33,198 nt of DNA, from positions 1 to 33,198 of the forward strand of contig DAOVKH010000001.1 in the NCBI GenBank assembly GCA_030631875.1, read 5' to 3'. The notes under the pieces are model-generated. The model was not told the origin of the DNA. It saw only the letters and a list, made by a program, of their open reading frames with translations, and did no database searches. Below are positions 16,909-25,004 of this stretch, piece by piece. Numbering within the stretch: position 1 is the first letter of the stretch; every line of letters begins with the position of its first letter. A program made the position numbers and the translations under genes. The stretch is from Deltaproteobacteria bacterium (GTDB lineage Bacteria > Desulfobacterota > GWC2-55-46 > DRQE01).

Positions 16909-17789
16909 ACCAGCAATTTTTGATAGATACGGCAGATAAGTTTCGAACTTACATCTATGCGGATAATATATGTATAGTGCCGAGCTCGGCGACTATTACT
17001 ATATACAAGCCGGGTGGAGATGTTTTGCTCGTAGACTCTGCCACTATGGGCGTGGAAGCCGACGGCCTATTGACCTATGAGCTGAGTGCTTTGGATAACG
17101 CTACTGTCGATAGAAGTTACAAGAGTATTATAACTTACATATATGACGGGGAGACTTATTATATAAGCATTTTTTATGATGTCGTTCATTCAAGGCTTAC
17201 AAAGGTTATAACCGATGACGATCTTGTTAGAGAATTCCCGCAGTTGAAAGACGCAGAGTGGAGAGTCCACGGTACGGCCGATAGCGGTACGACAACCACC
17301 ATTGTCGACGAGGAGCTTAAGCGTTATGCAGAGGGTTATTTTACGGGCGGCCTTGCCTATTCAATAGACAAGGATGAGACGCGCGAGATAACGGACTTTG
17401 TCGCAAGCAGTGCTACCGTTACCGTTAAGGCTTTTGGCTCAGCGGTAATAAGCGATAAGTATATTCTTACACGTTCATTTTTGAGAGAGATAGAGCGTGC
17501 TTTTGAAAAGATAGAGGAGAGGCTCATTGCCGCCGGCAAGAGGCCTGAGCTTGTATTGGATTCTCAGGATTTGAGAAGCCTACATATATACGCATCTGTC
17601 GCTGAGGTAGCAAAAGGGTTGTCATCTAAGGTCGATGATTTTTGGTGGACTCTGTGGAAGGAATATGACGTTAAGGCCGACAGAGCCTTTGCGGTACTGC
17701 CCATTAAGTACGATACTTCGGGCGACGGTTATATAAGTTCCTCTGAAGATGGTTTACATCTTGGGTCTATAAGAACAGGTAGGGGGTAG
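16905..17789 (+). CDS. Hypothetical virion protein (possible head-tail adaptor or connector)
   Basis: 294 aa with an ATGA start/stop overlap with the LamG gene. It lies between the head genes and the tail tube genes. No motif recognised. Confidence 0.4.
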   Translation: MNQQFLIDTADKFRTYIYADNICIVPSSATITIYKPGGDVLLVDSATMGVEADGLLTYELSALDNATVDRSYKSIITYIYDGETYYISIFYDVVHSRLTKVITDDDLVREFPQLKDAEWRVHGTADSGTTTTIVDEELKRYAEGYFTGGLAYSIDKDETREITDFVASSATVTVKAFGSAVISDKYILTRSFLREIERAFEKIEERLIAAGKRPELVLDSQDLRSLHIYASVAEVAKGLSSKVDDFWWTLWKEYDVKADRAFAVLPIKYDTSGDGYISSSEDGLHLGSIRTGRG

Positions 17790-17794
17790 AGCGG

Positions 17795-18226
17795 ATGTCT
17801 AACTATCAGGTGGTAAGTTCTATTACCGAAAACTTAAGGCAACTCCTGCAGGGTGAGGGGATAAAGTTTTCAGCCAAGGTATTCGAAGACGAGAGTGCTA
17901 TACCGATGAGCCTTATTCCTTTCGGGAGGATACTCTATAAAGGAGAGAGCTTTGAGCACTCTTATGGAATGAAGCCGGGGTATGTTGACGCGGAGTTTCT
18001 AACGACCGTTACCCTTAAGGGTAACGACGATGCCTCCTTAATGGATGAGGCACAGCTCTGGACGCATCGTCTGCGAGAAGCTGTAACGGTATCGGCCGTT
18101 AATGTTGGAGGCTTGTCGGCTTCGAAGCCGGTCACTCAAGCTGCCATAAGTAAGGTTGATGTTAAGCGTGATGGAGAGCTTATTTCTTTAAGCGGCGTGG
18201 TTACGCTTAGATATAGAGAAGGTTGA
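17795..18226 (+). CDS. Hypothetical virion protein (possible tail terminator or head-tail joining protein)
   Basis: 143 aa, directly upstream of the putative major tail protein. Confidence 0.35.
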   Translation: MSNYQVVSSITENLRQLLQGEGIKFSAKVFEDESAIPMSLIPFGRILYKGESFEHSYGMKPGYVDAEFLTTVTLKGNDDASLMDEAQLWTHRLREAVTVSAVNVGGLSASKPVTQAAISKVDVKRDGELISLSGVVTLRYREG

Positions 18227-18258
18227 AAATTTAATATATTTAAAGGAGGTAGTTCAAG

Positions 18259-19350
18259 ATGGCTGAAAGTAAGATGTACCTTGCCGTTGGTGAAGAATCA
18301 ACGAGAGGGGTTAAGGAAGTGGCAACAGTAGGGTTCATACCGCTCTTGTCACCGTCTATTCCAAAGATGGAATTCGACGAGATACGACGTACAGAAATGC
18401 GAGGTACGAGCGGGGTCATGGGAGATACGTCGGTTACGCGCATGAGCCGCAAGTGGGGGGCGTCCATGGAGATGCCGTTCTTTACCGAGGCGGGCGGAAG
18501 TAAGCCCATGGTAGGGACTATCTTAAAGCACTTCTTCGGCAGTGCCGTGAGCGCACAGCAGGGGACGACTAACGCTTACGCGCATATGATCTATCCCGTT
18601 GCAGATCCTTTTTCGACGGCGAATTTAAGTGACTCTGCCTTAACGTTGAACTTGAATATCAACGAGGGGGCTGTCATGAAGAACTGGCCCTTTGTGGGAG
18701 GACGAGTCAGTAGCCTTAGCTTTGAGCAAGAGGCAGGTCAGCACTTGAAACTCTCCGCGGAATTCTTCGGACAGTTCAGAGACGACGTTACAGTCGAGAT
18801 AGGTTCTCCGGTCTTCGCACTTGAAAATCTGCGCTGTGATTACAGCAACCTTAAACTCTATACCGGAACGATTGTGAGAACCGGCACGGCCCCCGATTAT
18901 ACGGACTTTGATTTTACGGCGGCAACACAGATAAAGCCCGACACTATAAGTGTCAAGATAGAGAACGGCATGGAAGACGTATTAAGATTGACCGGACTTG
19001 ATTACTCCGATAAGACGCGCATGGGTAAGTTCAAGGTCTCGGTAGAGATGACGATAGACTGGGAAGATCCTTCAAGCGGCTTTAGCTCCGTCGACGAGTT
19101 CAATAGTTGGATTGCTTCAACGGCTTCAACGAATCTTTGTCTTGAGTGGGACAGCGGTACAGAGGCTGATACAGGCTATAACCATAAGTTCATAATCGAT
19201 ATACCGGTAGCGCTCAGGATGGGCGGCGAGGTAGAGTTCGACGCTGAAAAAGATCCAATGGTAACGCTCAACTACGAGGGCTTGTACGATGCCGATGGAG
19301 TTGGTTATATAGTAGGTTCTTTACTTCAAAATACGGCGACCTCTATTTAA
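18259..19350 (+). CDS. Putative major tail (tube) protein
   Basis: 363 aa with SD AAGGAGG. It lies immediately upstream of the G/GT chaperone pair and the tape measure, which is the canonical position for the siphovirus tail tube gene. Confidence 0.5.
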   Translation: MAESKMYLAVGEESTRGVKEVATVGFIPLLSPSIPKMEFDEIRRTEMRGTSGVMGDTSVTRMSRKWGASMEMPFFTEAGGSKPMVGTILKHFFGSAVSAQQGTTNAYAHMIYPVADPFSTANLSDSALTLNLNINEGAVMKNWPFVGGRVSSLSFEQEAGQHLKLSAEFFGQFRDDVTVEIGSPVFALENLRCDYSNLKLYTGTIVRTGTAPDYTDFDFTAATQIKPDTISVKIENGMEDVLRLTGLDYSDKTRMGKFKVSVEMTIDWEDPSSGFSSVDEFNSWIASTASTNLCLEWDSGTEADTGYNHKFIIDIPVALRMGGEVEFDAEKDPMVTLNYEGLYDADGVGYIVGSLLQNTATSI

Positions 19351-19380
19351 TAGAGTAGAAGCTGATAGGGAGGCTATAGA

Positions 19381-19755
19381 GTGGCTATCATAAGTTTCGA
19401 TCAAGATGCTGTTGTAGATTATATTCCGTCTTACGGAGCGAATAGAGATTCGGAAGACCCCTGTACGGTGAGTCTCAGGTTTATCCCTTATGCGCGCGTG
19501 CAGTATTATTCGCGTATCATTGCGGCAAGAACAAAAGGTGTTATCGAGGCCGAGAAGGTTCAAGAGATAACGCAGAGTGTCCAGCGAAGACAATTTGTGG
19601 AGAGCGTTAGCAGGGTGTCAGGTTATTTTGTGGGAGCTAAAGAGGTCACGGATCCTAACGAGCTTTATGATACGGCGGATACGGAGCTTATAGTGGAGTT
19701 GATACGCGCTATGGAGAATGCACAGAGGTTAACCGAGGGCCAAAGAAAAAACTAA
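19381..19755 (+). CDS. Tail assembly chaperone (G-like)
   Basis: 124 aa with a GTG start and GGGAGG 7 nt upstream. It ends ...CAA AGA AAA AAC TAA, with a slippery heptamer in frame just before the stop. It sits between the tail tube and the tape measure. Confidence 0.7.
   Translation: MAIISFDQDAVVDYIPSYGANRDSEDPCTVSLRFIPYARVQYYSRIIAARTKGVIEAEKVQEITQSVQRRQFVESVSRVSGYFVGAKEVTDPNELYDTADTELIVELIRAMENAQRLTEGQRKN
19746..19752 (+). promoter_or_regulatory. Programmed -1 ribosomal frameshift slippery site A_AAA_AAC
   Basis: The X_XXY_YYZ heptamer is in the correct zero-frame phase (codons AGA AAA AAC). The -1 frame is open from here (CTA ATA GCG GGT CTC CGT TGG AGC AAG) into ATG 19779. Confidence 0.75.
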
Positions 19756-19778
19756 TAGCGGGTCTCCGTTGGAGCAAG

Positions 19779-20147
19779 ATGACGGATGGCAAGGGCCCGT
19801 TTAGTTGTGAGGCGTGTTCTGAAAGCGATAAAGGTATGCGTAATTGTTTTAACGTACGCGGACTCTCTGAAAGAGCACGCGCTCTGAGTAAGTATGATGA
19901 AGATGTTGTCTCTGAACATAAAAAAAATACGGCAAAGAAGGTATTTACGCTCGGAGATATAAGGTTATATGAATGTCCGCTCAGTTATATTACGAGCGAT
20001 ACGAGGGGAATCTTAAGGGTCTTATATATGGCGGATTTTCTCGGTACGTTGGTATTGGCCGGTGGAATTGCCGAGCAACCTTGTTGGTTTATTGAGGCAG
20101 TTGAAATCTACGGAGTTGAAAGTGCCAAGGCTTTAAAGGAGAAATAG
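19779..20147 (+). CDS. T-like extension ORF of the tail assembly chaperone, probably expressed as a G-T fusion of about 255 aa by -1 frameshift
   Basis: 122 aa ORF in the -1 frame relative to 19381..19755. Unlike its neighbours it has no convincing SD before its ATG. Its stop abuts the tape measure start (TAGATG). Confidence 0.65.
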   Translation: MTDGKGPFSCEACSESDKGMRNCFNVRGLSERARALSKYDEDVVSEHKKNTAKKVFTLGDIRLYECPLSYITSDTRGILRVLYMADFLGTLVLAGGIAEQPCWFIEAVEIYGVESAKALKEK

Positions 20148-21065
20148 ATGGAAAAGGATAGAAGTGTTGAGGTCGTTATAAGTGCTCGTGATGAGTACTC
20201 AAAGACCTTTGAGAAAGTAGATAAGTCTATCGGTTCTCTCCAGTCGTCTGTACGGAGTAATGTCGATGGGGTTAAGCAGGAGTATGGAAAGACACTGCTC
20301 GCTCAATCCGCGGCGGTGGCAGGGAGCAACGGGGCAGACATAGAATTGTCCGGAGCCATTGCGCAGAAGGGATTCGCAGGCGATGAGAACGGCACGTCTT
20401 CTGCTGAGACCATGCGCATTGAGAATGAAGAAAAGGTATTGGCGACGACCGACTATAACGCTACACACTTGGAGCTAACTCGTCAGCGCCTATTGATGGA
20501 AAGTGAGATGGAGAGAGAAGGTTCTGATAGCCGTATGCAGAACGCTGCCAAGGAAAGAGACTTTAAGATGCAGGCCGTCTCTGATTATGCAGGAGCGGCT
20601 ATAAGTTTAATGGGTAATCTTCTTACGGCAACGAGTGCGCACGGAAAAAGTTCTTTTAAATTAATGAAGGGCTTTGGTACGGCTCAGGCAATAGTCGATA
20701 CCTACATGGGAGTGAACAGGGCATTAGGCTCAGCACCTCCTCCGCTGAACTTTGCGCTTGCGGCCTCGGTCATGGCTTCCGGTATGGCGACGGTCAGTAA
20801 GATAAAGGCTACAAGCCCAAGCGGAGGTAGCGGGGCAAGGGGCGGAGTATCAAGAGGCGCAGGAAGAGGCGCAAGAACAAGAGGGCTGGAAGTACCCATC
20901 AAGGCCAATGGTGAGGCGGAGAAGCAAACACAGAAGGTTACGATAAATGTGCATAATCCTCTGAGCGAACAAAACTGGGATGCAATTAGCGAAGATATAG
21001 TGGGTGCTATAAATAAGGCCGGCGAACGTAACGTCGCTCTTACCATAAAGAATACGGAGGATTAA
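20148..21065 (+). CDS. Tape measure protein (unusually short, 305 aa)
   Basis: SD AAGGAGA. It follows the chaperone pair. It has a helical N-terminal half and the TMP-like hydrophobic core GFGTAQAIVDTYMGVNRALGSAPPPLNFALAASVMASGMATVSKI, followed by a Gly/Arg-rich stretch. Confidence 0.7.
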   Translation: MEKDRSVEVVISARDEYSKTFEKVDKSIGSLQSSVRSNVDGVKQEYGKTLLAQSAAVAGSNGADIELSGAIAQKGFAGDENGTSSAETMRIENEEKVLATTDYNATHLELTRQRLLMESEMEREGSDSRMQNAAKERDFKMQAVSDYAGAAISLMGNLLTATSAHGKSSFKLMKGFGTAQAIVDTYMGVNRALGSAPPPLNFALAASVMASGMATVSKIKATSPSGGSGARGGVSRGAGRGARTRGLEVPIKANGEAEKQTQKVTINVHNPLSEQNWDAISEDIVGAINKAGERNVALTIKNTED

Positions 21066-21068
21066 AAG

Positions 21069-21857
21069 GTGGTCTTAGATTGGGCGAAGGTTAAATTCTT
21101 TTACGATACGATGTTAGGTACGCCGTCGTCGACACTTCAGGCAACATCTACCGAGAGCGGCGACTATGACGTTAAGTATCTACATAACTGGCTTGAGACT
21201 AACAAGTGGCAGGCCGCTGATTCAAGCACTCCGCAATATATAACATATGACGCAGGAAGTGGGAATTCCAATGAAGCCGACTATCTTATTGTATACGGAC
21301 ATAATTTGGCGGAGGCAGGCGCAAGCATTACGCTTCAGTACTCAGACGACGGTTTTATCTCGGACGTGAATGACGTCTTTACCACTGAGGCGATAAGCTC
21401 TGACGCTGTATATCTTAAGGAGTTCGTAGGCCCGGGAGCGTATAGGTTTTGGCGTTTAAAGATAGAGGGGCCTTTATCCGAAGTTCCCTGCATGACGCTT
21501 TGCCTATGGGGTGAAGCAACAGAGCTGGATTACTGCACGTCAAGCTTTGATCCTAATGAAGAGGATATAAAGGCTAACGTAGGAATAAGCTACGGCGGCT
21601 ATCTTACCGGCAGTCACATAAAACATGTTGAACGCAGGATGCTCTTGAACTTCAGTGATTCGGATTCCCTGCTCTATCAGAAGATAAAGCTTTGGAGAGA
21701 CACACATGGGTTGAATAATCTTTTTGTGGCATGGGAGTTGGCAAATAACCCCGCAGACGTATGGCTGATGAGGCCTTCGCCGAGGTTTAGAAACCCGCTT
21801 AATGAGACCGGGCTCTATAGGGATATTTCCATAGAGCTTAACGGAAGGAAGGAGTAG
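21069..21857 (+). CDS. Putative distal tail / baseplate protein
   Basis: 262 aa with a GTG start and GGAGGA 7 nt upstream. It is the first gene after the tape measure. The pattern WQAADSSTPQYITYDAG...ADYLIVYGHNL...ITLQYSDDG...YRFWRLKIEG suggests a beta-sandwich fold. Confidence 0.45.
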   Translation: MVLDWAKVKFFYDTMLGTPSSTLQATSTESGDYDVKYLHNWLETNKWQAADSSTPQYITYDAGSGNSNEADYLIVYGHNLAEAGASITLQYSDDGFISDVNDVFTTEAISSDAVYLKEFVGPGAYRFWRLKIEGPLSEVPCMTLCLWGEATELDYCTSSFDPNEEDIKANVGISYGGYLTGSHIKHVERRMLLNFSDSDSLLYQKIKLWRDTHGLNNLFVAWELANNPADVWLMRPSPRFRNPLNETGLYRDISIELNGRKE

Positions 21858-21861
21858 GCGT

Positions 21862-22215
21862 ATGGCTATAACTCTTTCAGATGCCTACCTCGGAAAGCTT
21901 AAAGAAGGTGTCAATGAGCCAAATGTTATATTGGAGGTTACCTTAGATAGCGGCACCGTTAAGTGGGGTTACTCCACGGGCGGGTTTTCCGACGTACTAC
22001 CCATAGTGAAGAGCCTGTCGTCGTTACAAAATAAGCTCGATATAAAAGGCGGCTTTGTGACCCTTGGGCAGATTACGGTCGTTATCAGCGGACGAGATAA
22101 CTTTAAAGAACTCTTGAGAGACGAATTCTTAAAGAACAGAAGGGTTGTACGTAAAGACGGTTTTAGCGCCGTAACTTACGACGATTACGCCGCTACATTT
22201 ACAGGTACGATATAG
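21862..22215 (+). CDS. N-terminal segment of the tail hub / tip protein, ended by an in-frame TAG
   Basis: 117 aa with SD AAGGAG 7 nt upstream. It is in the same reading frame as 22264..23505, separated only by TAG 22213-22215 and 16 sense codons. Confidence 0.6.
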   Translation: MAITLSDAYLGKLKEGVNEPNVILEVTLDSGTVKWGYSTGGFSDVLPIVKSLSSLQNKLDIKGGFVTLGQITVVISGRDNFKELLRDEFLKNRRVVRKDGFSAVTYDDYAATFTGTI

Positions 22216-22263
22216 AATTGGTCGAGGCGAGGTGACGAGCTTACCATAACTATAGCCGACGAT

Positions 22264-23505
22264 ATGGTTAAGGCGAAAAAGAAGATACCTCTTGAGAATT
22301 CAACCAATACGCAGGTACTCGATTATAGGGCGATGAATCCCGTCGATATAATGCTCGATATACTTTCAAATAGGCTCGGCATTGATCTGTTACACATCGA
22401 CACTGCGCAGTTTGAATCAGAGCGGGATATATGGCTCTCCGGGTGGAAGTTTGACCGTCTTCTTACTAAACCCGAAGATGCCATAAAGTATTTGGGCGAG
22501 CTTCAGGTAGAGACCAACTCTTACATAGTACATGATGGCGAGAAGGTAAGTCTTAAGTACTTTGGTCCGCCTACTCCCGGAAGTGATGTCCTCTCATGGA
22601 ATGATGACATTAATATTCTTAACGCTACCTTTACGCAGAGGTCGGGATACGCGGAGGGCTTCTTTAACAGAGTAGTCTTTTACTATGACTATGATGAGAG
22701 CGGCAACGATAAGCCCGAGAACTTCGAGGCAGTCTATATAGCGACCGACACTTCTTCTCAAAGCAGTAGTGAGTGGAACGAGGTTAAGACCAAGGTCATT
22801 AAAAGCCGTTGGGTGAGGACTACTACTATCGCACAGCCAACGGATATAAGCGGTGTGGTTATATATCACTCAAGTACTGCGAACGGTATTGGCGAGGGCC
22901 TGCTTGAATTTGATTACATGGCCAACACACTCAGGTGGACAGCACCAGGAAGTACAGGAGGCGAGGAAGTAACCCTTGATAAAGATGGTAAATATCAACT
23001 CTTCGATGAGAGTAAGACGAAGTGGGTGCGTGTCGTCGTTGATACTTCAAGCCTGCCTACCAGTAATAAGATCGATACGGTAGCCATAACGGCCTTAAGC
23101 GGCAATAGCTTTGCCGCGACTATCGCGGATAAGTTACTTAAGCGTTATCGTAATCCCATGTCGAGTGTAAGGCTGCAAGTCGATATAAATGATCTTGCAA
23201 ATGGCAGTAAGTTTTTAAAGCCGACCGATATGGTAGACCTGACGACCGATGAGGCCTGCGGAAAAGATAACGATACGTGGGCTTCTGAGCGGATGATGAT
23301 TACTTCGCTAAGGCCTGATTTTTCCGGAGCCAGAGTTGACATAGAAGCGGTTCAGGCAAAGATGTATCGCAGTTACGGTTTTATAGCTCCGACATCGTAC
23401 CCTGATTATCCGAGCGCGACCAGTAGGGAGAGAGAGTACGCTTTTATCGGAGATTTAAATAATAAAGTAAGTGGAGGTTTGGATGATGGTTATTACGTCT
23501 GGTAA
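22264..23505 (+). CDS. C-terminal segment of the tail hub / tip protein (no SD of its own; likely one 547-codon gene with 21862..22215)
   Basis: 413 aa with no SD before ATG 22264. The peptide across the junction, FTGTI-*-NWSRRGDELTITIADDMVKAKKKIP, reads like a continuous beta-rich domain. Confidence 0.6.
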   Translation: MVKAKKKIPLENSTNTQVLDYRAMNPVDIMLDILSNRLGIDLLHIDTAQFESERDIWLSGWKFDRLLTKPEDAIKYLGELQVETNSYIVHDGEKVSLKYFGPPTPGSDVLSWNDDINILNATFTQRSGYAEGFFNRVVFYYDYDESGNDKPENFEAVYIATDTSSQSSSEWNEVKTKVIKSRWVRTTTIAQPTDISGVVIYHSSTANGIGEGLLEFDYMANTLRWTAPGSTGGEEVTLDKDGKYQLFDESKTKWVRVVVDTSSLPTSNKIDTVAITALSGNSFAATIADKLLKRYRNPMSSVRLQVDINDLANGSKFLKPTDMVDLTTDEACGKDNDTWASERMMITSLRPDFSGARVDIEAVQAKMYRSYGFIAPTSYPDYPSATSREREYAFIGDLNNKVSGGLDDGYYVW

Positions 23506-23517
23506 GGAGGTGGAGCT

Positions 23518-23973
23518 ATGACAGTACCGAGTAAGTCGTGGAGTCTAATAACGGACGGGCAGGTAGATGCCGACAGTCCGCTCGATACGACATTGATTAC
23601 GGCCTTGCGCGATAACCTCGTGCACTTAGAGGAGTGGCTTGGTGACGGGTATGCGGCAACGAAGGATCATGACCATGACGGTTTAAATAGTAAGGTATTA
23701 GGCACTCCATCTATGCAGTCGAGCGGTTATCAGGATATAGCCGCCAGTGCTACATGGACGCCAAGTCTTGGGAGCTATCAATTTGTAGTTCATAATGCGA
23801 CGGGGGCAGCGTCTCCGCAGTTATATATTGATTCCGCATGGAGGGGATGGACCGGAGCCGGCAACGGGATACGTGAGGTCGGAAGTTTTGGATACTTTGA
23901 TGGAGCAAATATGAGGTTCCTTGAGAGAACCGGCGCGGGCACGGTAAGGCTCTGGTATCAAAAGTTTAATTAA
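23518..23973 (+). CDS. Small putative tail fibre / receptor-binding protein
   Basis: 151 aa with SD AAGGAGGTG. It is the last structural gene after the hub. The N-terminus WSLITDGQVDADSPLDTTLITALRDNLVHLEEWLG resembles N-termini of phage fibre proteins; this is from memory and unverified. Confidence 0.4.
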   Translation: MTVPSKSWSLITDGQVDADSPLDTTLITALRDNLVHLEEWLGDGYAATKDHDHDGLNSKVLGTPSMQSSGYQDIAASATWTPSLGSYQFVVHNATGAASPQLYIDSAWRGWTGAGNGIREVGSFGYFDGANMRFLERTGAGTVRLWYQKFN

Positions 23974-23982
23974 GGAGGCGTT

Positions 23983-24246
23983 ATGATTATAGATAAGACA
24001 AAAGAAGAGTGCGCTCATATACCTCATAGCCTTGACGGAGAGGTATTGCTTGAAGAGAGGAAAGATGAGGACGGTAATAGTAAGGGGTTCCTTACTATTA
24101 AACCGGAATACCTGAAGCACTACGGCGAGACGAAGAGCAGCGAAGAGCTTGCCGAGCTTGGCTTTGGCAAATATATGAATACGATTGCATCGGTGATGGC
24201 GCGTAGCGACATAAAGGGAAGGCCGCCGGAGGTTATCGTAGGATAA
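23983..24246 (+). CDS. Hypothetical phage protein
   Basis: 87 aa with SD AAGGAGG 4-5 nt upstream. Hydrophilic, with no recognised motif. Confidence 0.5.
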   Translation: MIIDKTKEECAHIPHSLDGEVLLEERKDEDGNSKGFLTIKPEYLKHYGETKSSEELAELGFGKYMNTIASVMARSDIKGRPPEVIVG

Positions 24247-24249
24247 GTT

Positions 24250-24465
24250 ATGGGAGATATAGATGAATTATCACGCGCCATCGGGCGTATTGAAGGTGCT
24301 CAGGTAGAGATGTTGAAGAACCAGCAGGAGATAAAAGAAGAACAGATTCTTTTGAGAGGTTCTATAGCAGAGCAACGTCTTAGTGTTGCTAAGATATCGG
24401 GAGCGGTAGCACTTGTATTTTCAGTTGTCGTTACGAGTCTTCGCGATTACTTCTTTAAAAACTAA
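24250..24465 (+). CDS. Small coiled-coil protein with one C-terminal TM helix (lysis-cassette membrane protein; holin, antiholin or spanin-like)
   Basis: 71 aa. The N-terminal heptad-like region (IEGAQVEMLKNQQEIKEEQILL) is followed by ISGAVALVFSVVVTSL. It lies directly upstream of the endolysin. Confidence 0.45.
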   Translation: MGDIDELSRAIGRIEGAQVEMLKNQQEIKEEQILLRGSIAEQRLSVAKISGAVALVFSVVVTSLRDYFFKN

Positions 24466-24477
24466 TAGGAGGTCTTC

Positions 24478-24915
24478 TTGAGAAAGATAGATAAAATAAT
24501 TCTCCATTGCAGTGATTCGGACTTTGGAGATAAAGATCTAATAGACGGCTGGCACAGCGCGCGCGGTTGGGATGGAATCGGTTATCACTATGTGATACTC
24601 AACGGACATCCTTCGGATGCGCCATATAGAAGGTCCGAAGACGGGGTCATCGAAATCGGTAGAGACGTGGATGAAATAGGGGCACATTGTTACGGAGAGA
24701 ATAAAGACAGTATAGGAATATCGCTGGTAGGGCGAAATCACTTTACTCCTCTTCAGCTCTTCGTAGCATTGCCGTTACTTTTATCCGCACTCTTAAAGGA
24801 GCACGGCCTTGGGGTTAAGGATATATTCGGTCATGGTGAATTCAACTCGAAGAAGACGTGCCCCAATATGGATATGAAGGTCTTTAGAGAGAACCTTTCA
24901 CGTACGCTCTACTAA
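24478..24915 (+). CDS. N-acetylmuramoyl-L-alanine amidase endolysin (Amidase_2 / PGRP / T7-lysozyme-like)
   Basis: 145 aa with a TTG start after AGGAGGT. It has the zinc-amidase pattern IILHCSDS...GWDGIGYHYVI...GAHCYGENKDSIGISLVG...FGHGEF..KTCP and no signal peptide. Confidence 0.85.
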   Translation: MRKIDKIILHCSDSDFGDKDLIDGWHSARGWDGIGYHYVILNGHPSDAPYRRSEDGVIEIGRDVDEIGAHCYGENKDSIGISLVGRNHFTPLQLFVALPLLLSALLKEHGLGVKDIFGHGEFNSKKTCPNMDMKVFRENLSRTLY

Positions 24916-25004
24916 AGGGAGTTGGAGACGTAGAAGATAGAGAAGATGTTGTCGATTAAAGATAAGCTTCGGAGGGTTAGCTTCGAGCTAAGGAGGATTA
25001 TGTT

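Noticed and set aside
18259-19350. Interpreting the 363 aa protein as a contractile tail sheath (myovirus or tailocin-like).
   Set aside because: No separate tube gene follows it before the G/GT chaperones, and no baseplate wedge genes are present. The gene order fits a non-contractile tail.
22213-22215. The in-frame TAG as evidence of genome-wide amber recoding (pyrrolysine or a code-15-like phage code).
   Set aside because: TAG is used as an ordinary stop by several well-delimited genes in the same operon. Examples are MCP at 15366-15368 (followed by a hairpin), 16905..17789, 19779..20147 (abutting the TMP start), 21069..21857 and the holin at 25431-25433. A local nonsense or readthrough event is therefore more parsimonious.
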